From Corynebacterium amycolatum (GTDB lineage Bacteria; Actinomycetota; Actinomycetes; Mycobacteriales; Mycobacteriaceae): a stretch of DNA of 32,000 nucleotides. The stretch lies in the NCBI RefSeq assembly GCF_049243625.1, contig NZ_CP046975.1; one strand, given 5' to 3'. The translations under genes and the position numbers were made by a program. Under the pieces are notes generated by a model. The model was not told the origin of the DNA, searched no databases, and was given only the letters and a program-made list of their open reading frames with translations. Positions 23,558 to 30,330 of the stretch are shown piece after piece (position 1 is the first letter of the stretch; every line of letters starts with the position of its first letter).

Positions 23558-25705
23558 ATGACTGCCACGACCAAGGCCGAGACCTCTCCGCCTGTTAGCA
23601 AGGATAAGAAAGTCCGTAAATCTGCTGGTTGGTACGTTGTTTTTGTGCTTATCGGCGGCGTTCTAGCTGGTTTGCTCTCGATGGCGTTCAACATGGATTC
23701 GCGCGCCACGTTGGGCATTCCTGATCCGGGCACAATCACTACCTTCGGGTTTCCGTTCGCCAAGGCGACCGGTGAGTTGCTCGCTTGTCTCGGTGTCGGC
23801 TCGTTTATGCTCGCTGCTTTCGGTACGAAGCAGCGTGCCGACGGCACTTTGGGCCTCGACGGCTACACGGCATCCCGTACGGGTATGTGGGCCATGCTCG
23901 GCTGGGGTCTCATGGCGCTGATGGAGATTCCGCTGGTTCTCTCCGATGTGTCGGGCCAGCCGCTGTCAACGACGATTCAGCTGAGTAACTGGGCTGTGTC
24001 TTTGGAGCAGACCAAGGAGGGCTTGGCGTGGCTGTGGGTAGCTATTTTTGCGGGCATTGTGGCGCTCGGCTCATCGCTGACTCGTAAATGGATTTGGCAG
24101 CCGGTGTTCTTCGCCATCAGCTTGGTGTCGATGATGCCGCTGGCTGTTGTGAGCCACAACGCCTCCGGTGGTGCGCATGACTACGGCACCAACTCCTACA
24201 TCTGGCACTTGACTTTCACTGTGTTTTGGGTCGGCGGTTTGATGGCGTTGGTTGGCCACGCGCGTCGTCGTGGTGAGTGGATGCCAGAGGTCGTGAAGCG
24301 CTACTCCTTCGTGGCGTTGGTTGCATTCATTGCAATGTCTGCCTCTGGCTTCATTAACGCAGCCATCAATATTGACTGGTCTGACCTGGTCAGCAATAAC
24401 TACGGCATCATGGTGCTGGTCAAGGCGGTGCTCACCATCTTGCTGGGCCTGTGTGGCTATGTGCACCGCAAGATCACCATCCCGGAGATTGAGCGTGCCC
24501 AGTCGAATCGCCCGTTCTGGCGACTGGCCATTGTTGAGGTCATCATTATGGCGCTCACGATTGGCGTTGCCGTGGCCCTCGGCCGTACTCCGCCGCCACC
24601 GAATTTCTCTGAGCAGGCCGGTGGTGAGGGCCTGCCGTCCATTACGCAGATGCAGGTCAAGCTCGGCTACAACCTGGAGATCCCATTCGGCTGGGAGGCC
24701 ATGTTCACGCAGTGGCGCTTTGACATTTTCTTCGGCTCTGCCGCGATTATCGCCGCATGGATTTACCTGTATTGGCTCTACTTGCTGAAGAAGCGCGGCG
24801 GTACCTGGCCGCTGTCCAACACTCTGTGGTGGCTCGGCGGTTGCGCAACTTTGCTGTTTACTTCGTGCAGCGCACTGGGTGTGTACATGCCGGCTCTGTT
24901 CTCTGTGCACATGATTGCCCACATGCTTTACTCGATGGGCATTCCGGTCATGCTGGTGCTGGGTGGTCCGGTCACGCTGGCGTTGCGTGCGCTGAAGCCG
25001 GCTGGACGTGATGGTCTGCCGGGTATTCGTGAGTGGCTGGTGGTCTTCATCAACAACCCGGTGTCGCGTTTCCTCACGCACCCGGTGGTGGCGACGGTGC
25101 AGTTCGTTGCAGGTTTCTACCTGCTCTACATGACACCGATTTACGACTTCCTGGCCGATGAGCACGCAGGTCACGTGTTCATGAACATCCACTTCCTGAT
25201 CTCGGGTTACATCTTCTACTGGGTCATTATTGGTGTCGATGCCGCACCGCAGCAGATTGCGCCGTCGGTCAAACTGGTCACGCTGATGGGGTCGCTACCG
25301 TTCCACGCTTGGTTCGGTATTTCGCTAATGCAGTCGCAGCAGGTGCTCGCCGAGACCTACTACGCCAGCCTTGATCTCCCGTGGGCAGTCAATCTCTTGG
25401 AAGATCAGAATGTCGGCGGTGCCGTCGCGTGGGCTGCCGGTGAGGTTCCGCTCTACATCGTTACCGTTGCGCTGTTTGTGCAGTGGCGACGTTCCGATGA
25501 GAAGGATGCAGCACGCTACGACCGTGTCGCAGACCGCAACAACGATGAGGAGTTGGCTGCATACAACGAAATGCTCGCTCGCATGAGCCAGCAGGTCGGT
25601 GTCGGTGGCGAAGATGAGCGCGACTACTACACCTCAGAGGTTGACGCGCAGCATCCGGTGCACATGGACAATCCGATTGATGCCTCGAAGAGGCGCGGAA
25701 GGTAG
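23558..25705 (+). CDS. ctiP: CopD / Caa3_CtaG fusion membrane protein (copper insertion factor for cytochrome aa3, CtiP-like)
   Basis: About 715-722 aa polytopic protein (ATG 23558; the ORF-track TTG 23537 is an alternative). The N-terminal half is CopD-like TM helices. The C-terminal half carries CtaG-type blocks LFSVHMIAHMLYSMGIPVMLVLGGPVTLALRAL and HAGHVFMNIHFLISGYIFYWVIIG. The architecture matches the published description of C. glutamicum CtiP. Confidence 0.8.
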   Translation: MTATTKAETSPPVSKDKKVRKSAGWYVVFVLIGGVLAGLLSMAFNMDSRATLGIPDPGTITTFGFPFAKATGELLACLGVGSFMLAAFGTKQRADGTLGLDGYTASRTGMWAMLGWGLMALMEIPLVLSDVSGQPLSTTIQLSNWAVSLEQTKEGLAWLWVAIFAGIVALGSSLTRKWIWQPVFFAISLVSMMPLAVVSHNASGGAHDYGTNSYIWHLTFTVFWVGGLMALVGHARRRGEWMPEVVKRYSFVALVAFIAMSASGFINAAINIDWSDLVSNNYGIMVLVKAVLTILLGLCGYVHRKITIPEIERAQSNRPFWRLAIVEVIIMALTIGVAVALGRTPPPPNFSEQAGGEGLPSITQMQVKLGYNLEIPFGWEAMFTQWRFDIFFGSAAIIAAWIYLYWLYLLKKRGGTWPLSNTLWWLGGCATLLFTSCSALGVYMPALFSVHMIAHMLYSMGIPVMLVLGGPVTLALRALKPAGRDGLPGIREWLVVFINNPVSRFLTHPVVATVQFVAGFYLLYMTPIYDFLADEHAGHVFMNIHFLISGYIFYWVIIGVDAAPQQIAPSVKLVTLMGSLPFHAWFGISLMQSQQVLAETYYASLDLPWAVNLLEDQNVGGAVAWAAGEVPLYIVTVALFVQWRRSDEKDAARYDRVADRNNDEELAAYNEMLARMSQQVGVGGEDERDYYTSEVDAQHPVHMDNPIDASKRRGR

Positions 25706-25774
25706 CGTCGTTAAGCAGATTTCGTTCGCTTGACGACGAGGATTGCTGCGACCTCGCCCCTCACCTTCATATGA

Positions 25775-25817
25775 AGCCTGTGGATAGTTGTATTTTAGAC
25801 GAAATTATCCACAGGCT
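25775..25817 (+). terminator. Candidate intrinsic terminator of the ctiP-like gene
   Basis: 12-bp stem AGCCTGTGGATA / TATCCACAGGCT (25775-25786 / 25806-25817) followed by TTTTGTTTG. The 19-nt loop is large. An 11-bp hairpin at 25706-25738 precedes it, immediately after the stop codon. Confidence 0.5.
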
Positions 25818-25938
25818 TTTTGTTTGCCTCTTTCGCTTGCCTCCCGGAGCCGGAAAAGTAGTTGGCACGGCACGAATGAGACATCTTCGGATTATTCGGC
25901 CGCAGTAGGTAAACGCTTTCTTTTGGGGGAGGAGCCCG

Positions 25939-26478
25939 ATGTCTGAGGCAGTTATTACCGTGGTGGGCAATGTGGTCCATCATGTGGAAAATCGAAATAC
26001 CAATTCTGGGGCAAAGGTCTGCAAGTTTTCTGTGGCATCCAGCAAGTCATGGAAGGGGGAGAATGGTTGGGAGCAGTCGGAGACGTCATATTTTGATGTT
26101 GAATGCTGGGGCAAACTAGCCGAGAACGTGAATAACACGGTGTGGAAGGGCCAAGCCGTTATTGTCCACGGTCACGTTCGTACGGATCGTTGGGAGGGCG
26201 ATGATGGTACGAAGCATCAGCGCCAGAAGATCATTGCTAAGGCGGTGGGGCCGAATCTGCGTCGTCACCTGGCGACGGTCAAGACTATGACTGAGAAGCC
26301 GCATGAGTCGCCGACGGGTCTTGGTGAGGCTTCTGCTGGGGAATCGGACGCCTCGGTTACCGAGACAGTGCGTACATTCAGCGCTGGTGCTGGCGACGCT
26401 AGTGAGGCTGGGAACACAAGTGCAGCTCGTGCTGAGCAGCAAGAAATGGCTGGTGCAGGAGCTAGTGCGCCGTTTTAG
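25939..26478 (+). CDS. Single-stranded DNA-binding protein paralog (SSBb-like)
   Basis: 179 aa. N-terminal OB fold typical of SSB (VITVVGNVV...KFSVASS...W...TSYFDVECWGKLAENV...KGQAVIVHGHVRTDRWE). Disordered Ser/Ala/Glu-rich tail ending ...GASAPF. Strong RBS GGAGGAG. Not in an rpsF-ssb-rpsR context, so a second SSB. Confidence 0.85.
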   Translation: MSEAVITVVGNVVHHVENRNTNSGAKVCKFSVASSKSWKGENGWEQSETSYFDVECWGKLAENVNNTVWKGQAVIVHGHVRTDRWEGDDGTKHQRQKIIAKAVGPNLRRHLATVKTMTEKPHESPTGLGEASAGESDASVTETVRTFSAGAGDASEAGNTSAARAEQQEMAGAGASAPF

Positions 26479-26482
26479 TGAC

Positions 26483-26522
26483 GGAGTTAGTTGGCCAGTT
26501 CCAGGCAAGGAGTTAGTTGGCC
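26483..26522. repeat. Exact 14-bp direct repeat GGAGTTAGTTGGCC x2 (26-bp period)
   Basis: Copies at 26483-26496 and 26509-26522, starting 5 nt after the SSB-paralog stop codon. Confidence 0.8.
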
Positions 26523-26781
26523 GTTCTAGAGCGGATTAAGGGGGTGCCGCTAAAAGAGGGGAGGGGTATTTGCTGCATGTGAGGTGACGCTGCTGAGAAA
26601 GGGGGAGGGATCGCATACGATTCGGCAGCGTTATCTCGCAGCTAGTTTTGCTAGTAGCCTGGCAGAGACTTTGGTGGGAAAGGATTGCGGGTACGCCCAT
26701 GTAGATTGTGCCTTTTGGTTCCTATGCGTAACCTCTACAGGGATTGCTTATTTCCTTTTTACGAGGGGACGAAATTCCATC

Positions 26782-28452
26782 ATGGGTGAGTTCATCTACC
26801 AGATGAAAAACGTGCGCAAGGCGCACGGCGATAAGGTTATTCTCGACAACGTCACCATGGCGTTTTACCCGGGCGCAAAGATCGGCGTGGTCGGTCCGAA
26901 CGGCGCAGGTAAGTCGTCGATTCTGAAGATTATGGCTGGCCTGGATCAGCCGAGTAACGGTGAAGCTTTCCTGGAGCCGGGCGCCACTGTTGGCATCCTG
27001 CTGCAGGAGCCTCCGCTGAACGAGGAGAAGACCGTTCGCGGCAACGTCGAGGAGGGCCTCGGCGACATCTTCGAGAAGAAGGCTCGTTTTGAAGCCATCG
27101 CCGAGGAGATGGCCACCAATTACACCGACGAGCTCATGGAAGAAATGGGCAAGCTCCAGGAGGAGCTCGACACTGCTGATGCTTGGGAGCTGGATTCCAA
27201 GATTGAGCAGGCAATGGATGCGCTTCGCTGCCCGCCGGCAGATGAGCCGGTTACTCACCTCTCCGGTGGTGAGCGTCGTCGTGTAGCACTGGCTAAGCTG
27301 CTGCTCTCCGAGCCGGATCTGCTGCTTCTCGACGAGCCCACTAACCACCTGGACGCCGAGTCCGTGCTGTGGCTCGAGCAGCACCTGGCTAAGTACCCGG
27401 GCGCTGTCCTGGCCGTGACTCACGACCGTTACTTCCTGGATCACGTCGCTGGCTGGATTTGTGAGGTCGACCGCGGCAAGCTCTACCCGTACGAGGGCAA
27501 TTACTCGACTTACTTGGAGAAGAAGGCTGAGCGCCTTGAGGTTGCAGGTAAGAAGGACGCCAAGCTGCAGAAGCGCCTGAAGGATGAGCTGGCGTGGGTC
27601 CGCTCGGGGCAGAAGGCTCGCCAGGCCAAGAACAAGGCCCGTCTGGAGCGCTACGAGCAGATGGTGGAGGAAGCCGAGCAGTACAAGAAGCTCGACTTCG
27701 AAGAAATTCAGATTCCGACCCCGCCGCGCCTGGGTAACCAGGTTGTTGAGGTCAAGGACCTGGAGAAGGGCTTTGATGGCCGCGTCCTGATTAAGGACCT
27801 GTCGTTCACCCTGCCGCGTAACGGCATCGTCGGTGTGATTGGCCCGAACGGTGTGGGTAAGTCCACCCTGTTTAAGACCATCGTGGGGCTGGAGCAGCCG
27901 GATTCCGGTGAGGTCAAGGTCGGGCAGACTGTTCAGCTCAGCTACGTTGACCAGGGCCGTGAAAATATCGATCCGGAAAAGACCGTCTGGGAGGTTGTCT
28001 CTGATGGTCTCGACTACATCGTGGTCGGCCAGAACGAGATGCCGTCTCGTGCGTACCTGTCTGCCTTTGGTTTCAAGGGCGCGGACCAGCAGAAGCCGTC
28101 GAAGGTTCTCTCCGGTGGTGAGCGCAACCGTCTGAACCTCGCGCTGACCCTCAAGCAGGGCGGAAACCTTATCCTCCTGGATGAGCCGACTAACGACCTT
28201 GACGTCGAAACCCTGTCTTCGCTGGAAAACGCACTGCAGAACTTCCCGGGCTGTGCCGTGGTCATTTCTCACGACCGTTGGTTCCTGGACCGCACCTGTA
28301 CCCACATCCTCGCATGGGAAGGCAACTTCGAAGAGGGCAAGTGGTTCTGGTTCGAGGGCAACTTCGAGGGCTACGAGAAGAACAAGATTGAGCGTTACGG
28401 CGAGGAGGCTGCGCGCCCGTCGCGTGTCACTCACCGTCGCCTGACCCGCTAA
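26782..28452 (+). CDS. ettA: Energy-dependent translational throttle ABC-F protein EttA
   Basis: 556 aa from ATG 26782 (MGEFIYQMKNVRKAHGDKVILDNVTMAFYPGAKIGVVGPNGAGKSS, collinear with the E. coli EttA N-terminus). Two ABC cassettes (GPNGAGKSS / LSGGERRRVAL / LLLLDEPTNHLD and GPNGVGKST / LSGGERNRLNL / LILLDEPTNDLD) joined by a charged linker. No TM domain. Confidence 0.93.
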   Translation: MGEFIYQMKNVRKAHGDKVILDNVTMAFYPGAKIGVVGPNGAGKSSILKIMAGLDQPSNGEAFLEPGATVGILLQEPPLNEEKTVRGNVEEGLGDIFEKKARFEAIAEEMATNYTDELMEEMGKLQEELDTADAWELDSKIEQAMDALRCPPADEPVTHLSGGERRRVALAKLLLSEPDLLLLDEPTNHLDAESVLWLEQHLAKYPGAVLAVTHDRYFLDHVAGWICEVDRGKLYPYEGNYSTYLEKKAERLEVAGKKDAKLQKRLKDELAWVRSGQKARQAKNKARLERYEQMVEEAEQYKKLDFEEIQIPTPPRLGNQVVEVKDLEKGFDGRVLIKDLSFTLPRNGIVGVIGPNGVGKSTLFKTIVGLEQPDSGEVKVGQTVQLSYVDQGRENIDPEKTVWEVVSDGLDYIVVGQNEMPSRAYLSAFGFKGADQQKPSKVLSGGERNRLNLALTLKQGGNLILLDEPTNDLDVETLSSLENALQNFPGCAVVISHDRWFLDRTCTHILAWEGNFEEGKWFWFEGNFEGYEKNKIERYGEEAARPSRVTHRRLTR

Positions 28453-28486
28453 TCTGTTTCCCGCGAATCTGATTTTTGCCAACGGC

Positions 28487-28539
28487 AAAGCCCGGAACAG
28501 TGTGGACTGGCTCGCACCAGTGCACAGGTCCCGGGCTTT
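28487..28539 (+). terminator. Possible terminator after ettA
   Basis: AAAGCCCGG (28487-28495) pairs with CCGGGCTTT (28531-28539), followed by CGCGTTATTTG. The interior between the arms is long and only partly paired, so confidence is low. Confidence 0.3.
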
Positions 28540-28588
28540 CGCGTTATTTGCAGGCTCGTAGCTCCAGAAAACGCCTATAGTTCTGGGT

Positions 28589-29032
28589 ATGACTGAATCA
28601 GCACCATTTCGTACCAACGTTGCTATCCGCTGGTCTGATTTCGATCAGTACGGCCACGCTAACAACACCGCATTCCTGGAATACGCCCAGCAGGCTCGTC
28701 TGGACTTTGTTATGCGCGGTCTCGGCGGCGGGGCAGGGATGCCTGCGGCAGTGGTGCGTCGCCTGGAGATCGACTACGTCCGCGCTATCTTGCCGGACAC
28801 CCAGGAAGTTGTGGTTGAGACCGAGATCATCAACTTCGGTCGCACCTCTTTCACACTCCGCCAGACTATCTCCGACCAGCATGATCACATCGTGGCTGTG
28901 CTTGAAACCGTGATGGTGATGTTTGATCTCAAGACTGCGAAGGCAGTCGAGCTCTCCCCGTCTGCACGCCGTGAACTGGAGCGTTTTGCAGCTCCCGCAA
29001 TCGAGGACAACAAGGAAGACCAGGACAAGTAA
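28589..29032 (+). CDS. Hot-dog fold acyl-CoA thioesterase (4HBT/YbgC-like)
   Basis: 147 aa. The N-terminal block IRWSDFDQYGHANNTAFLEYAQQARLDF is the 4HBT signature (catalytic Asp followed by hVxNxxY-type block). Confidence 0.82.
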   Translation: MTESAPFRTNVAIRWSDFDQYGHANNTAFLEYAQQARLDFVMRGLGGGAGMPAAVVRRLEIDYVRAILPDTQEVVVETEIINFGRTSFTLRQTISDQHDHIVAVLETVMVMFDLKTAKAVELSPSARRELERFAAPAIEDNKEDQDK

Positions 29033-29038
29033 TTCGCC

Positions 29039-29845
29039 GTGACCACTTCTCATCCCGCTGCCGAGCTGACCTTCGGCACTCCCGATGCCCTGAAGAATCT
29101 GGGCGTCCTAGCCCATAAGGCCTACGCCCTCGACGAGAACACATTGCTTCGCATCCGCGCACGAAAGACCACCACCGTCGCCGGTATCAGTTCCTCGCCC
29201 GAGCCCACCGCTGCGCCAGCAATGTCACAGGTATGGGTGAAGACCCCGATCGGCCCGCTCGCCATGCGCACAATTGCGCTACATGCGCTTCCCGACGACA
29301 TCATCGTCACTGCCGCGGAGATTAAAGACATCGCAGTGCGTGCCTTCGCGCAGGCAAAATCATCCGACGATGCGGAGGACAAGGAAGCTTCGCTCACCGC
29401 GCTGCCGTACCGGGTGCATGCGCAGTCGGCGTCCTCCTGGCCGGGATTCTTGCCAGTTCCGGAAGGATGGCAGGTTGTCGACTATGTTCCGGCCACTGCT
29501 TTCCGGACTCTCGAGAAGCAGGGGCGCGCGGTCGCGGTGGAATCTTCCGGCCCCATGGGTATGCCGCCATCTCTGCTAGATCAGAAGGTTCTTACTGTCA
29601 GCGGCGAGGCCGGTGAAGCCACTGTTGACTCAGGGGAGGGGCAGTCGCAGGAGACGTCGAAAAGCGTGGTGGACGTGACCATGCGGGATGTGTTTGCGCT
29701 GTGTGCGATGGGCTTCATTCCGGAGCAACCGGATGAAAAAGAGCCGGTGCGCGTGTCCACGAAGGGACGGTGGCACCGGCTGGATGGGCGGTTTGGCTCG
29801 ATCTTTACGCTCGAGTCCTTTGGCGTGCTGCCGCTGCTGAACTAG
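29039..29845 (+). CDS. Hypothetical protein (268 aa)
   Basis: GTG start 6 nt after the thioesterase stop, so probably co-translated. No signal peptide, TM segment or recognisable motif. Central Ala/Ser/Pro-rich stretch. Confidence 0.65.
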   Translation: MTTSHPAAELTFGTPDALKNLGVLAHKAYALDENTLLRIRARKTTTVAGISSSPEPTAAPAMSQVWVKTPIGPLAMRTIALHALPDDIIVTAAEIKDIAVRAFAQAKSSDDAEDKEASLTALPYRVHAQSASSWPGFLPVPEGWQVVDYVPATAFRTLEKQGRAVAVESSGPMGMPPSLLDQKVLTVSGEAGEATVDSGEGQSQETSKSVVDVTMRDVFALCAMGFIPEQPDEKEPVRVSTKGRWHRLDGRFGSIFTLESFGVLPLLN

Positions 29846-29864
29846 CGGGGTAGGAGCATAATTC

Positions 29865-30263
29865 CTACTGCGCGTCGAAGCGGTTGATGAGCATGTCAGC
29901 GACCTGCACCATGTGATTCCACATGGCTTCGCGTTGAGGGCGGGGGAGCTCTTCATCGGAAATGTCTGCGAGTGAGGCGCTCATGATCTCCAGCCAGCGG
30001 TCGCGTTCGGCTTCGCCGATGGAAAACGGCATGTGGCGCATGCGCAGGCGCGGATGACCACGCTGTTCGCTGTACGAACGCGGCCCGCCCCAGTACTGGA
30101 CGAGGAACATGCGGAGTCGATCCTCGGCGCCCTCCCAGTCATCGCTGGGGTACATCGGGCCGATGAGGTCATCGGAACGCATACGCGTGTAAAAGCCATG
30201 GACGATGCGATTGAAGACATCCTCGCCGCCGACGGAGTCAAAGAGCGTCTGAGAAGTTGTCAT
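29865..30263 (-). CDS. glbO: Group II truncated hemoglobin (trHbO)
   Basis: 132 aa. FDSVGGEDVFNRIV...PMYP...GAEDRLRMFLVQYWGGPRSYSEQRGHPRLRMRHMPF is near-collinear with M. tuberculosis GlbO as I recall it. Confidence 0.9.
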   Translation of the reverse strand: MTTSQTLFDSVGGEDVFNRIVHGFYTRMRSDDLIGPMYPSDDWEGAEDRLRMFLVQYWGGPRSYSEQRGHPRLRMRHMPFSIGEAERDRWLEIMSASLADISDEELPRPQREAMWNHMVQVADMLINRFDAQ

Positions 30264-30289
30264 GGCACCAAGTCTATCGACTTGATGCC
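30264..30289 (-). promoter_or_regulatory. 11-bp-stem hairpin/palindrome abutting the glbO start codon
   Basis: GGCACCAAGTC-tatc-GACTTGATGCC. On the minus-strand RNA the single imperfection is a G-U wobble; on the plus strand it would be an A-C mismatch. The 3' arm ends at the base before the glbO ATG and lies 42 nt after the pepN stop. Confidence 0.5.
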
Positions 30290-30330
30290 ACGAAAACGAT
30301 AACGGCCAAAGTGCCGGTCGAAATCACTTG

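Noticed and set aside
25775-25817. Replication origin suggested by the TTATCCACA DnaA box
   Set aside because: There are only two boxes, and they form the two arms of one hairpin. There is no AT-rich unwinding element and no dnaA/dnaN/rpmH context. It is kept only as a low-interest regulatory possibility.
26483-26522. CRISPR-like or minisatellite array
   Set aside because: There are only two copies of a 14-bp unit with a 12-bp spacer, and no cas genes. No repeat family in the window has the length, copy number and spacing of a CRISPR array.
26538-26609. G-quadruplex from the G-runs upstream of ettA
   Set aside because: Loops between the runs are 13 and about 35 nt, far from a canonical G4 arrangement. 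The tracts are more simply described as SD-like purine runs.
26584-26781. In-frame 66-codon N-terminal extension of ettA from GTG 26584
   Set aside because: The extension (MTLLRKGEGSHTIRQRY...FLCVTSTGIAYFLF...) has no resemblance to ABC-F N-termini. ATG 26782 gives the canonical MxEFIYxM start and has an upstream GAGGGGA. The open frame is noted in a finding but not annotated as coding.
26722-28617. 631-aa ORF on the minus strand, longer than the ettA ORF it overlaps
   Set aside because: Its translation is low-complexity and motif-free. The plus strand encodes two complete ABC cassettes collinear with EttA. Long antisense ORFs are a common artefact of GC-biased codon usage. The same applies to 24071-25192 (-) inside the ctiP-like gene, to 2867-3697 (-) and other ORFs inside fas, and to 10536-11060 (-).
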